Shown in pieces: positions 54,990 through 64,000 of a stretch of 64,000 nt of DNA. Position numbers and translations under genes: made by a program. The notes under the pieces are model-generated. The model ran no database searches. It worked only from the letters and a program-made list of their open reading frames with translations, and was not told the DNA's origin. Positions within the stretch are counted from its first letter, which is position 1. Every line of letters starts with the position of its first letter. Origin of the DNA: Candidatus Zixiibacteriota bacterium (GTDB lineage: Bacteria > Zixibacteria > MSB-5A5 > WJJR01 > JAJRUJ01); the NCBI GenBank assembly GCA_024277855.1, contig JAJRUJ010000024.1, positions 17,568 to 81,567 on the forward strand, in the 5' to 3' direction.

Positions 54990-56094
54990 CCAACTCGGTC
55001 AGCGCATCATCGTAGGCCGGCGCAAGGGCCAACCAGCAGTATCGTTGTCCGATGGGCCGCAATCTTCGAAGATATTCCTGCCGGACGGACGTATCTGCGA
55101 TTGTGGTGGAAAGCTCGACCAGTCGCCGGGCCAACTGATCGACCCTGCCGTCATAAAAAAAATCAGCCGCGGCCTGTTTGCCCAGTATTTCCGGATAAGA
55201 CAACCGTCGCGGGAGAAGCGGGTAGACACCGGCGGCAATCGCCTCGACCACGCTAAGCCCAAAAAACTCATGATCGGCGGTGGAGATAATCACATCCGCC
55301 GCTGATAGACACGAGACATAATCCTCGCGCGTCTGCTGGTAGCCCCAGTGGACAATCTTGTCGGCGAATGTTTCCTTCGCCCGGGTGAAAGGTGTCGGAA
55401 TTTCCGAAAACTGTTCACCGATCACACTAAGCCAAAAGGGGATGTCTTGTTGTTTCAGGATGTCGAGGGCGGCAAAAAAATCTGCCGGGTTCTTGTCATG
55501 CTCCCAGCGCGCGGCCCACAAAAGATGAAGGGGGCCCGGTTTTCGCGGTGGACGCGCGGGAAATTCTTCAATCCCCGGCCAGCGAATTTCAGCTTTGGCC
55601 GCCAGTTGGGCCGGCAGGGCCTTCGGTTGATAATCGGGCATTCGCCGGAGGAAATCGTCGACCGCGCGCACATATGATTGACGGTGGAAGTCTGAATTGA
55701 ACCAAAGCCGTGTCGCCGCCTGCGAGGAGACGATATTACTCATTGCAAAATGATAATCCCGTTCATGCTCGTCGCGCACCGGATAGGTCAGTTGATTTTC
55801 ATGGAAATAGACGACCGAAGGTAACTGTCGGATACGACTATCGACCAAACCGCCAAACTCGGCTAAGTTGAGCATGTCGGAACAAAAGAGAAGGTCAAAG
55901 GTTTCACCAGCGGCGATGCGAGTATTAACTTCCGCCGAGAGGGTCAGCGGCGCATGCCGCATCCGCCACTTCCATTTAATCGCCGGCAGGCCGATGATTG
56001 TCCAGTGATGACGGCTGTGTTTAGCCCAGCCGTCCAGAAAAGCTCGATGACTACCGCCATAAAATGGTTCGAGGGCCAGGATGTTCATAGACAC
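54964..56094 (-). CDS. Glycosyltransferase with N-terminal DUF3524 (Glyco_trans_4_4) + GT1/GT4 C-terminal domain
   Basis: N-terminus MNILALEPFYGGSH is the DUF3524 hallmark. C-terminus EFFGLSVVEAIAAGVYPLLP is the GT4 catalytic region. Confidence 0.7.
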   Translation of the reverse strand: MSMNILALEPFYGGSHRAFLDGWAKHSRHHWTIIGLPAIKWKWRMRHAPLTLSAEVNTRIAAGETFDLLFCSDMLNLAEFGGLVDSRIRQLPSVVYFHENQLTYPVRDEHERDYHFAMSNIVSSQAATRLWFNSDFHRQSYVRAVDDFLRRMPDYQPKALPAQLAAKAEIRWPGIEEFPARPPRKPGPLHLLWAARWEHDKNPADFFAALDILKQQDIPFWLSVIGEQFSEIPTPFTRAKETFADKIVHWGYQQTREDYVSCLSAADVIISTADHEFFGLSVVEAIAAGVYPLLPRRLSYPEILGKQAAADFFYDGRVDQLARRLVELSTTIADTSVRQEYLRRLRPIGQRYCWLALAPAYDDALTELVMSEKSTA

Positions 56095-56240
56095 TCCGTT
56101 AGTGAGCTAATCAGTACAGTATCAGTCGGAAGATCAAGGGAGATCGATAACGAATATTTATTAAAAACAGCCACCTGCCTCCCCTGTTCAATGAGGAAAG
56201 ATGGCTGTCACGGCATCCTTGCCGAAACCGTTATTGCCGC

Positions 56241-56819
56241 CTAAAACCAGCGGACTCGCCGTATCGCGGGAATTTCATCGTTCATTTTTTCGGCCAGTTT
56301 TTCCAGCTCGCCGGCCAACTCCCCGATTCCGTCGGCCTTGTCCTCCAGCTTCCCGGCTTTTTCTTCGAGTAGGTCGGCCTGATATTCAAGGTCTCGTTCA
56401 AGGTCGTCGGTGTCGTAGTCGGTGAACAGCGCCCGCAGGACACCGCTGGTTGCCTGGACACCCAATGCCGCACCCTGCACCCCGATTTTCGCCCCCTGGA
56501 GTCCAACCTTCTCGGCTTGCTCGATGAGGTCCAAACTCTGACGATAGTAGTTGCGAACGAGTTTTCTCTGGGCGCGGTCAAGCTCTATTCGTTTGTGGTC
56601 TATATACAAATCATAATCGGCGGTAATCTCGATTTCGCCGCGTCCGCGATCAGGGGTAATGGAAAGTGTGCCGTCGTTACTGATATCGTAGGAGATATCG
56701 TTAACTTGGTGACGATTATTGTCATTATAATCCCAGCGCCGGGAATGGTACCTGTCCTCCGCCTGGGCCGAAGCACAAACCAGCAGGGACATCACCACCA
56801 GCATAATAATTTTTTTCAT
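56241..56819 (-). CDS. Secreted hypothetical protein with coiled-coil C-terminal half
   Basis: Signal peptide MKKIIMLVVMSLLVCASAQA. No recognisable family. Confidence 0.45.
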   Translation of the reverse strand: MKKIIMLVVMSLLVCASAQAEDRYHSRRWDYNDNNRHQVNDISYDISNDGTLSITPDRGRGEIEITADYDLYIDHKRIELDRAQRKLVRNYYRQSLDLIEQAEKVGLQGAKIGVQGAALGVQATSGVLRALFTDYDTDDLERDLEYQADLLEEKAGKLEDKADGIGELAGELEKLAEKMNDEIPAIRRVRWF

Positions 56820-56970
56820 CTTTCCGATCTCCCGATTTTCTATAACATACGGGGAGGGCGGACTCGAGGTTTCAATTTTCTCGTCGAGCCGACATCTGTA
56901 ATCGCAAGTTTTGGCACAGGTTATGTTGTTCAGGAAAAGTTGCGCGGATTGATCAACTTAAAGATATCTG

Positions 56971-57003
56971 CAGAAGAAAAGCCGGGCGATTACTCGCCCG
57001 GCT
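56971..57003 (-). terminator. Rho-independent terminator after the oligoendopeptidase gene
   Basis: AGCCGGGCG-attact-CGCCCGGCT perfect 9-bp stem, followed on the minus strand by TTTCTTCTG. Confidence 0.55.
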
Positions 57004-57044
57004 TTAATCAACCTGATTTTTCGCTTGAAACAGCAGTCACTCAC

Positions 57045-58949
57045 TTAGAGTCTGGCCATTTCCTTTTCCAACTTGGTGACGAGATCGTCCAATTGATCGA
57101 CAACCGCCTGGATTGTTTCCGGCTGGGTCAGGTCAACACCGGCTTTTTTGAGCAATTCCATCGGATAGTCACTGCCGCCGGACTTTAAGAGAGTCAGGTA
57201 TTTCTCGACCGCCGCCTTGCGCTCTTTCTTGCTGCCGGTCGTAATTGCCTTATGGATTTTGGCCGACGAGGCATAGCAGGTCGCGTATTGGTAGACATAA
57301 AACGGCGAGTTGTAAAAATGCGAGATGCGGGTCCAGGTTGCCCCGTACAGCTCGTCGAAAATTACCGCGTCGCCGTCGTGTTCGTTTTTCAACTCGGTGT
57401 ACAAGGCCGAGAGAGCATCGGCGGTAATCGGCTGGCCCTGTTCGACCATCTGGTGCGCCCGCCATTCATATTCGGCAAACATCACCTGGACATAGAATGT
57501 CCCGATAATATTGTCAATCGCCTGCTGCAGCAAGGCGACGCGTTCAACCGGGTCATCGGTGTGCTCCATGAGATAGTCAAGAAACAGCGCTTCGTTGAGC
57601 GTCGAGGCCACTTCGGCGACGAAGATTTTATAGTCGGACGTGGCGAACGGCTGGTTTTCGTCGGCCAACAGCGTATGCATGGTGTGACCGGCTTCGTGGG
57701 CCAGGGTGAAGACGTTTTCGAGTGTCTCGTTGTAGTTCATCAGCATGTATGGATGAACGCCGTAAACTCCCGCCGAAAACGCCCCGCTGCGCTTGCCTTC
57801 GTTTTCATAGACATCGATCCAGCGGCTGGACAAGACCTTCTTCATCTTCTTTTGATATTCTTTGCCCAGCGGCGCGACCGATTCGATAACCCACGGCTTG
57901 ACGTCTTCATACTTATACGTCTTGTCGAAATTGACGATAGGCAGTGAACCGTCATAGCCGTGATAATTTTCCAGCTTAAGCGCTTTTTTGCGCAACGCGT
58001 TGTAGCGGTGGACCGGGCCCAGACCGGCTTTGACCTGGGTGACGAGATTTTCATAGACCGAGACAGGAACATTGTCGTCGTCAAGCGCGGCCTCGAGACA
58101 TGATTTATAGTTCCGCGCCTGGGTGGAGGCCCAGTCACGCTGCAGGATGCCGTTATATATCGCCGCATAGGTATTGGCGTTGGCGGCAAAAACACCATAA
58201 AAACTCTCGAACGCCTTGGCCCGGTCATCCTGGTTGCGGTCGGTCGAGAGAATTTTGTAGTACTCTCCGGGCGTGATGGTCTTTTCCTCGCCGTCGGAGA
58301 GGGTGGTCGTGGCATATTTGATATCCGAAGTGGAAAGTTCGCGATAGATCGACCCCGGTGCGCCGTTGACCTGGCTGAAATACGAGAGCAATTGCTCTTT
58401 ATCCTTATCGAGCACATGCGCCTGCCGGCGGTAGAGGTCCTCGATGCCATAACGGTAAGGCGCCAGTTCCGGCGTATTGTCGAGCCAGCCTTTCATCGTC
58501 TTCCACGGGATGGTCAGCAACTCCGGATTATACCAGGCGGTGGCAATGTTGAATTTGGCAAAGAGGATTTGTACCCGCTGGAGTTTGGCGGCAATTTCGT
58601 TGTTGCGCGTATCGGTGACGCTGGAAAGCGCCGGATACCGATAGACCTTGTAGGTCAGCATCCCCAATTCGTCGCCGAGTTTATTCGCTTTGAGAATCTG
58701 CGCCGCACCCTGATTTAAGGTGCCTTGCAACGCAGCATAGCTGTCCATCAATTTTTCCAACCGGCCCAGGTCGGCTTCCCATGCTTCCCAATTCGGGTAG
58801 ATATCACTTAAATCCCATTTGTACTTGTCGGGAATCTCTGCGCGATTCAGGGTATTGGGTTTGGCGAGGGCGCTGGCAACCAGAGTCAGCGCCAATAGAC
58901 AGACAATCAAGATAATGAAAAGTTGTGACCGGTGATTCGTAAGACGCAT
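57045..58949 (-). CDS. pepF: Oligoendopeptidase F, M3B family zinc metallopeptidase, secreted/periplasmic
   Basis: HEAGHTMH zinc-binding motif in an M3 context, 634 aa, N-terminal signal peptide. Confidence 0.85.
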   Translation of the reverse strand: MRLTNHRSQLFIILIVCLLALTLVASALAKPNTLNRAEIPDKYKWDLSDIYPNWEAWEADLGRLEKLMDSYAALQGTLNQGAAQILKANKLGDELGMLTYKVYRYPALSSVTDTRNNEIAAKLQRVQILFAKFNIATAWYNPELLTIPWKTMKGWLDNTPELAPYRYGIEDLYRRQAHVLDKDKEQLLSYFSQVNGAPGSIYRELSTSDIKYATTTLSDGEEKTITPGEYYKILSTDRNQDDRAKAFESFYGVFAANANTYAAIYNGILQRDWASTQARNYKSCLEAALDDDNVPVSVYENLVTQVKAGLGPVHRYNALRKKALKLENYHGYDGSLPIVNFDKTYKYEDVKPWVIESVAPLGKEYQKKMKKVLSSRWIDVYENEGKRSGAFSAGVYGVHPYMLMNYNETLENVFTLAHEAGHTMHTLLADENQPFATSDYKIFVAEVASTLNEALFLDYLMEHTDDPVERVALLQQAIDNIIGTFYVQVMFAEYEWRAHQMVEQGQPITADALSALYTELKNEHDGDAVIFDELYGATWTRISHFYNSPFYVYQYATCYASSAKIHKAITTGSKKERKAAVEKYLTLLKSGGSDYPMELLKKAGVDLTQPETIQAVVDQLDDLVTKLEKEMARL

Positions 58950-59286
58950 ACGGCTGCTCCTTTGACGTTTTCCCCCCCAAGGTTCGATTTATTATCATTG
59001 AAAATACGGAAAATCCGTGCGGTAGGTTACATGCGGGAACACATTTCCAAAGAAATTGACTTTTTCAGGAAAGGCGTCCGGGGGACGCCGGTCGATCAGC
59101 CGCCGCCGTGGCCGATTTCAGGCTTCATATCTCGCTGGGAGACAAGCAAATCGGAATTTTGCAACAATAGACCATTGCGGGTTTTCGAACAGCGAGAACG
59201 GGGGAATGCCCCTCTCCCTGTGGATTGATCCCCAAGGTCAATTCCGGGGCAGCGGGCCGCAGGGAGAGGGACGTGAAACACCGCGA

Positions 59287-59400
59287 TTAATTGTCTCGTC
59301 TTAGCGGAGACGGCGGCGTAATCACGCTGGTATCTTTTTTCTTTTTTGATTTTTTTGGTTTTTTCTTCTCTTTATGCCCGCGGTCTTTTCCTTTAGCCAT
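59287..59400 (-). CDS. Candidate small ORF, 37 aa, extremely lysine-rich (MAKGKDRGHKEKKKPKKSKKKKDTSVITPPSPLRRDN)
   Basis: ATG preceded at 6 nt by GGGAGGT. 34 nt downstream of the ettA stop on the same strand. Below the ORF-track size cutoff. Could be a chance ORF in an A-rich tract. Confidence 0.3.
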   Translation of the reverse strand: MAKGKDRGHKEKKKPKKSKKKKDTSVITPPSPLRRDN

Positions 59401-59434
59401 CAGCTACCTCCCGCTTCAATGCGCCTTTCGGACG

Positions 59435-61111
59435 CTAACTGGTCACCAGCTTGCGATAACGGTTGCGCCGGTTCTCGAAAAGAGATTCGCCAAACTGGTC
59501 CCGCCGCCACCGTTCATAATCCTGAAAATTACCGTCAAAGAAATGGAGCTTGCCCTCGCCTTCAAATACCAGCAGGTGCGTACAGATGCGGTCGAGGAAA
59601 TATCGATCATGGCTGATCACCAGCACACAGCCGGTGAAATTGAGGATTGCCTCTTCCAGCATCCGCAGGGTATTGACATCGAGGTCGTTGGTCGGCTCGT
59701 CGAGTAACAAAACATTGCCGCCGATTTTTAGAATCTTGGCCAGATTACAGCGATTGCGTTCACCGCCGGAGAGTTCATTGACTTTCTTTTGTTGAGCGGC
59801 CCCTTTGAAACCGAACCGGGCGGCATATTTACGGACAGGGATCGACTCTTTGCCCAAAACGATGTCGGACAGGCCGCCACCGATTTCATCGATCACGCTA
59901 TGCTCGCCGACCAACGAATCACGGTCCTGTTCGATATAGGCAAATTTCACCGACTGGCCGATGGTGAGCTGTCCGGTATCCGGCTGATCATGCCCCACCA
60001 GCAACTTGAACAGAGTGGTCTTGCCGGTGCCGTTTGGGCCGACTACACCGACCACCGCCGAACGCGGAACGAGAAAACTCGCGTCGGTGAACAAAACCGT
60101 GTCATCGAATTGCTTCGCGACATTGTCCAACTTGACAACCTGCTCGCCCAATTGCGGTCCCGGCGCGATTTGGATTGCATCGTTTTTGGCGGCCGCTTTT
60201 TCACGGGCAACTAATTGTTCATACTCAATCAGCCGGGTCCGCGCCAGGTCATGCCGGTCGGCGTTACTCATTTTGATCCAGGCCAGTTCCCGTTCGAGCG
60301 CGCGAGCGCGCGGGCTGTCTTTCTTTTCGGCGGCGGCCAGTTTGGCGACTTTCTGTTCGAGCCAGGAGGTATAGTTACCCTCCCAGGGGATTCCCCGGCT
60401 GCCCTCGAGTTCTAAAATCCACTTGGTGATCCGGTCCAGGAAATAGCGGTCGTGGGTCACGATAATTACCGTACCCGGATAGTCGATCAGCTGTGCTTCC
60501 AGCCACTCGACAGTCTCGGCGTCAAGGTGGTTGGTCGGCTCATCCAACAACAGCAGGTCGGGTTTTTCCAGCAGGGCCTTGCAGAGCGCAACCCGGCGTT
60601 TTTCACCACCGCTGAGAGTTTCAATCACCCGGTCATCCTCGGGCAGACAAAGCGCGTCCGAGGCCTGGTCCAATTTATGATCAAGATTCCAGGCGTCGGC
60701 AGCGTCGAGTGAATCCTGCAGTTTGCCCATTTTGTCCATCGCGGCCTGCATTTCGTCGTCGGACATCGGGTCAGCCAGATGCTCGGTAATCGTGTTATAC
60801 TCCTCGAGCATGGCAGTCAAATCACCAAAAGCGGTTTCCAGTGTCTGCCGTACGGTAAGCGACGTATCGAGTTGGGGCTCCTGCTCGACAATCCCCGCCC
60901 GGTACCCTTCGGTGATGAACGCCTGTCCCTGAAAATCCTCATCGAGTCCGGCCATGATTCGTAATACCGTTGATTTACCGGAGCCATTTTCGCCGACGAT
61001 CCCGATTTTCGCCCCGGGATAAAAACAGAGATTGATCTCCTTCAAAACCTGGGTCCGTCCATAAAATTTGTTCAGCCCCAGCATGGTGAAAATGTATTTT
61101 TTTTCGGCCAT
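59435..61111 (-). CDS. ettA: ABC-F family ATPase, energy-dependent translational throttle EttA
   Basis: Two ABC cassettes with an inter-domain linker, 558 aa. N-terminus MAEKKYIFTM...GENGSGKST is typical of EttA/YjjK. Confidence 0.9.
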   Translation of the reverse strand: MAEKKYIFTMLGLNKFYGRTQVLKEINLCFYPGAKIGIVGENGSGKSTVLRIMAGLDEDFQGQAFITEGYRAGIVEQEPQLDTSLTVRQTLETAFGDLTAMLEEYNTITEHLADPMSDDEMQAAMDKMGKLQDSLDAADAWNLDHKLDQASDALCLPEDDRVIETLSGGEKRRVALCKALLEKPDLLLLDEPTNHLDAETVEWLEAQLIDYPGTVIIVTHDRYFLDRITKWILELEGSRGIPWEGNYTSWLEQKVAKLAAAEKKDSPRARALERELAWIKMSNADRHDLARTRLIEYEQLVAREKAAAKNDAIQIAPGPQLGEQVVKLDNVAKQFDDTVLFTDASFLVPRSAVVGVVGPNGTGKTTLFKLLVGHDQPDTGQLTIGQSVKFAYIEQDRDSLVGEHSVIDEIGGGLSDIVLGKESIPVRKYAARFGFKGAAQQKKVNELSGGERNRCNLAKILKIGGNVLLLDEPTNDLDVNTLRMLEEAILNFTGCVLVISHDRYFLDRICTHLLVFEGEGKLHFFDGNFQDYERWRRDQFGESLFENRRNRYRKLVTS

Positions 61112-61441
61112 ATCGGTTTGCCCTTTACCACGGGACCGCCCTTACCCGCAAACAGGCCGGGTAAGAAAGCGATGACCGCCCATGTTCATCGTTGCAAGAA
61201 TCCGGAAATTACCGAGGAAAGTCAAGCGGCGCGCAGATCGGTCGGTTAACTCTTCAATGATTGGCGCAAAGCGAGGATATTGCCCGATCAGCGTCCGGCG
61301 ACAGGATAAAGGCGCTCGGCGGCGAACCAATCGTGAGTGGCAGAAAAAAGTTTCCCGGCTACCGGAGAAGTAACCCAAATTGGTCAGGGAAAAACCACGG
61401 TAATTTGCCCAGGAATGGGGACACCGAAAAACCGCACATTC

Positions 61442-63343
61442 TCACAGCGTAAAAGCGTCGATTTGCTCCATCGTGTCCGGATTGATCACTTCGACATTGA
61501 TCGCATCTCCGGCAACGTGGAACAAAACAAGGGCATTCTGAGTCGAGAATTTACGGACATGGTCCGACCAGGGAGCCGATTCCTGCCCATAATAGGGCGC
61601 GCCCGCCGCCCCGTTGTTGATTTGCCAGAGCGGCCGCGTGATTTGCAAACGAGCGCGTGGATAGTCGTCGGGGTAGATTACCATATCCGAGTCGATCCGT
61701 AACCGGCAATAATTATGTTCGTCCCCGGTAAGGACGGCTGCGACTTTGCTCGAACGATTGAGCAGGAGGTCGAGTAGCTGGTCCCGGCGTTCGATGATCC
61801 CTTTCTCGACCGGCTGTCCGGCAATAGACGGCCGGGGATCATTATTGCCGCGATACCACATAGCGCCCCGCACGTGCCCGCCGTTGGGAAAGACCGGATG
61901 GTGCAGCGTTACGAATACATGGTCGATATTATTATCGCTTTCCAGGCGCGCCAGCGTGGCCCCAAGCCACTCGAGCTGCCGGTCCATAATGTACCCAACA
62001 ATATTCCCGCCGGTCTGGCCGCGCAACCGCGAGGGCGCATACCAATAATTCGTATTGAGCACGACCATCGCCACGTTGTCGTAAATATAGTAAAAGACCG
62101 TTTCATCATAGGGCGGGAAATCCATGGTCACCGAATCGGGATCAGAGCGTGAACCGTCCTCGCTTTCCGGGCCGTTACGGGGATTGACAAAATTGGCGGC
62201 GAAAACCGCCTCGGAAGATTCGGTGGCGAAAGGGAACCGATCGACTCGCGCTCTGGAGTCTCCATTAGTGAATTGATAAAACACATTTTCATGGTTGCCG
62301 CAACCGATGATAAAGGGAAGATAATGAGCGTATGGTTCAATTCCCCGCTTGAAATTGGCATATTCCAGGTTGATCTCGCCGATCCCGGTCGTGAATCCGT
62401 CGATCAGATCCCCGGTGAATTGGAGAAACCGCACTTGCCGCTGGGTCGCCAATACCCCGATTCGTTTCATCATGTAGGCGTTTGTGCCCCAAATATCCCG
62501 CTCCCCCCCGCCGTTATTGCCGCGGGCATCGGACGCATAGGCAAAAGTAAACGGCAGACGCGAACCGGGGTGGGGCGCGGTGCGCAGGGAGTACGTATCG
62601 CTGTTGCCCCCGTAGTTTACCGAATATGGAAATGTTGAATCGGGAGCCAGACCGCTTAGTTGGATTTCATGATGACGGCCGGGAGCGTCCTCGCTGATCG
62701 TTTTCCCGTCAACGGTGACCCCGGCCATACACGGGAAATTCGTTTCAAAGGAGATGATCGCGCCGGTCGGCGTGATCATGTTGACGAACGGACCTTCGAC
62801 GATTGAAGTATCGACGGCCAACGGGCCGGTGCCCTGAAGGAGAATTTTGCCGTCGTAAAGGATAGTCCCTTCCTCGCTGACGATACGATAACCGAGGCGC
62901 AGACGGCCGGATTTCTCCCAGTTGGTAAAATCATACTTACCGTCTAAAGCGGTTTTAACCGGGATGACCGCCTGTCCCGATTCGATTTTCACTCCACTGT
63001 AAAAAACCGGGTAGGCATGCCTGACTTCGGTTGGGGAGTGGATCAAACCATAGTAGAGAGTTCCGGAAATCTCGTCATTGCCGAAGTCGAATTTTAGCGT
63101 ATCGCCGGTGGTGGTCAAATTGGCCCGTAATTGGTCGAGCGTATATGGCCCCTGTGCCTCGGTTTCCGGATAGACTTCTCCAGTCGAATCGGTGAAAATC
63201 AAATCACCGTCTGCCCGGGACAATCGCGAGTAAACCCCGGGAATTTCGGATTCTGTCCTTTCATCCGCCTGACCAGCGGAGACAATAAAGAGTGAAGACA
63301 ACACAGGCAGCAAGATCGTCCTCGTCAAACGGCGTAAATTCAT
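61442..63343 (-). CDS. Purple-acid-phosphatase-like metallophosphoesterase with N-terminal beta-sandwich domain, secreted
   Basis: MPP motifs GDLIDG, GNHE, LHHP, GDEHNY. Signal peptide from ATG 63343 (MNLRRLTRTILLPVLSSLFIVSA). Track frame extends to a TTG at 63361. Confidence 0.75.
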   Translation of the reverse strand: MNLRRLTRTILLPVLSSLFIVSAGQADERTESEIPGVYSRLSRADGDLIFTDSTGEVYPETEAQGPYTLDQLRANLTTTGDTLKFDFGNDEISGTLYYGLIHSPTEVRHAYPVFYSGVKIESGQAVIPVKTALDGKYDFTNWEKSGRLRLGYRIVSEEGTILYDGKILLQGTGPLAVDTSIVEGPFVNMITPTGAIISFETNFPCMAGVTVDGKTISEDAPGRHHEIQLSGLAPDSTFPYSVNYGGNSDTYSLRTAPHPGSRLPFTFAYASDARGNNGGGERDIWGTNAYMMKRIGVLATQRQVRFLQFTGDLIDGFTTGIGEINLEYANFKRGIEPYAHYLPFIIGCGNHENVFYQFTNGDSRARVDRFPFATESSEAVFAANFVNPRNGPESEDGSRSDPDSVTMDFPPYDETVFYYIYDNVAMVVLNTNYWYAPSRLRGQTGGNIVGYIMDRQLEWLGATLARLESDNNIDHVFVTLHHPVFPNGGHVRGAMWYRGNNDPRPSIAGQPVEKGIIERRDQLLDLLLNRSSKVAAVLTGDEHNYCRLRIDSDMVIYPDDYPRARLQITRPLWQINNGAAGAPYYGQESAPWSDHVRKFSTQNALVLFHVAGDAINVEVINPDTMEQIDAFTL

Positions 63344-63383
63344 CGGTGTCCGTCCCGCCAAATCGTCAGGTCGATAGTATTAA

Positions 63384-63959
63384 TCATTTCCCCCCGGTTT
63401 TTGTTTCAAGCAATTTAATTTGTTCGTCGAGACCGGCGAAACCCTCGGCATCCCACTTGGCCATCCCGGCGTCGGCGAGGTAGTCTTTTGCCTTCCGCAG
63501 ATTTTCCAAAGCAACGGAGAAATTCCCCCTGGCCGCCTCGAGATGGCCCAGTTCTTTGTAAACCCAGCCCGACCATTCGTCATTTTTCAGACTGTCGGAA
63601 CGAGCCGCCAGCGGGCGCAGCCATTTTTCGGCTTCATCGATGTTGTCGTTGAGTCGATAGGCCCGGCCAATCGCCCAGTCCGCGGCCAATTTGTTTATGT
63701 CATTGCCATATTGCAGATGGTATTTTTGTGCTTTCAAATAGGCGTCAAGCGCCTCGGGGTATTTACCCTGCTCCTCATAGGTGGCGCCAAGATTATTCCA
63801 AAGCGGGCCAAGCAGCTTGTCCAGGCCCTGTTTGATGGCATAGGAAATCCCGCGCCTCCCCCAGCCGACCTGCTGCTCAGGTGTGCCGGTGATTGCGGCC
63901 ATCCGCGCGGCGTCAATCGCACGCTCCGGCAACTCATGTTTTTTGCAGTATTCAAACAT
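63384..63959 (-). CDS. Tetratricopeptide-repeat protein; the frame stays open upstream to the window end, so the true start may lie beyond 64000
   Basis: TPR-like helical repeats (YEEQGKYPEALDAYLKAQKY..., GRAYRLNDNIDEAEKW...). No stop in frame between 63959 and 64000. Confidence 0.55.
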   Translation of the reverse strand: MFEYCKKHELPERAIDAARMAAITGTPEQQVGWGRRGISYAIKQGLDKLLGPLWNNLGATYEEQGKYPEALDAYLKAQKYHLQYGNDINKLAADWAIGRAYRLNDNIDEAEKWLRPLAARSDSLKNDEWSGWVYKELGHLEAARGNFSVALENLRKAKDYLADAGMAKWDAEGFAGLDEQIKLLETKTGGK

Positions 63960-64000
63960 CGACTTGAAAGTTTTGGTGGCCTTGACATTTTGGCCGTACC

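Noticed and set aside
1-64000. CRISPR arrays, rRNA and tRNA genes
   Set aside because: I scanned every intergenic gap over 60 nt by eye. There are no direct-repeat/spacer periodicities, no cloverleaf-compatible 70-90-nt segments with conserved T-loop (GTTC) / D-loop features, and no rRNA-like conserved blocks.

Overview
This 64 kb window is a densely coded, roughly 57-58 % GC bacterial chromosomal segment on both strands. Gene content (LolA-like/FtsX modules, a DUF3524 glycosyltransferase, a REP-associated transposase, an NtrC-type two-component system) suggests an uncultivated Gram-negative lineage, possibly in the FCB group, but the lineage assignment is only an inference. I found no rRNA, tRNA or CRISPR. 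In order along the window:
- 1-5133: a LolD/FtsX/FtsX/LolA-like ABC export module plus a partial outer-membrane-type protein.
- 5210-5521: a relic of a TetR-family C-terminal domain.
- 5619-8670: a two-gene transsulfuration operon (CysK/MccA-like and a cystathionine gamma-lyase family enzyme), divergent from a 3-Cys Rrf2 regulator.
- 8698-8916: a degenerate relic of the sufC 3' end, immediately after the Rrf2 stop codon.
- 9030-10250: an OmpA-family protein.
- 10366-15262: a periplasmic family-5 solute-binding protein, a sensor histidine kinase and an NtrC-type sigma-54 response regulator, in that transcriptional order.
- 15444-18766: a small glycosyltransferase/flippase pair and a lipoprotein.
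- 18842-20557: pgi.
- 20711-23879: an FGE-sulfatase-domain protein and a solitary CcmF-like heme lyase.
- 23880-24560: an AT-rich 680-nt non-coding island.
- 24561-27519: a YkuE-like membrane-anchored metallophosphoesterase, an HD-domain protein and rluD.
- 27728-34958: a complex I cluster holding only membrane-arm genes, nuoA-H-J-K-L-M-N, with no B, C, D, E, F, G or I. nuoL is interrupted by a single in-frame TAA.
- 34960-35930: a REP-associated tyrosine transposase (RAYT) flanked by REP-like palindromic repeats.
- 35942-38305: pheA, ubiE and a SAM-dependent methyltransferase.
- 38474-44500: a tight minus-strand operon of flotillin, an aspartate aminotransferase fused to an HprK/PEPCK-like P-loop domain, ndk, and a divergent ATP-type PEP carboxykinase homologue.
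- 45162-47564: an 800-aa transketolase-family enzyme.
- 47950-54989: a cell-envelope cluster with a DUF4097 repeat protein, a secreted beta-helix plus beta-barrel protein, an ABC ATPase with an ABC-2 permease, an FG-GAP repeat protein and an EamA transporter.
- 54964-64000: a DUF3524/GT4 glycosyltransferase, a secreted protein, oligoendopeptidase F, a candidate 37-aa lysine-rich ORF, ettA, a purple-acid-phosphatase-like metallophosphoesterase and a partial TPR protein.
Coordinates of hand-mapped small elements (terminators, repeats, palindromes) may be off by 1-2 nt.
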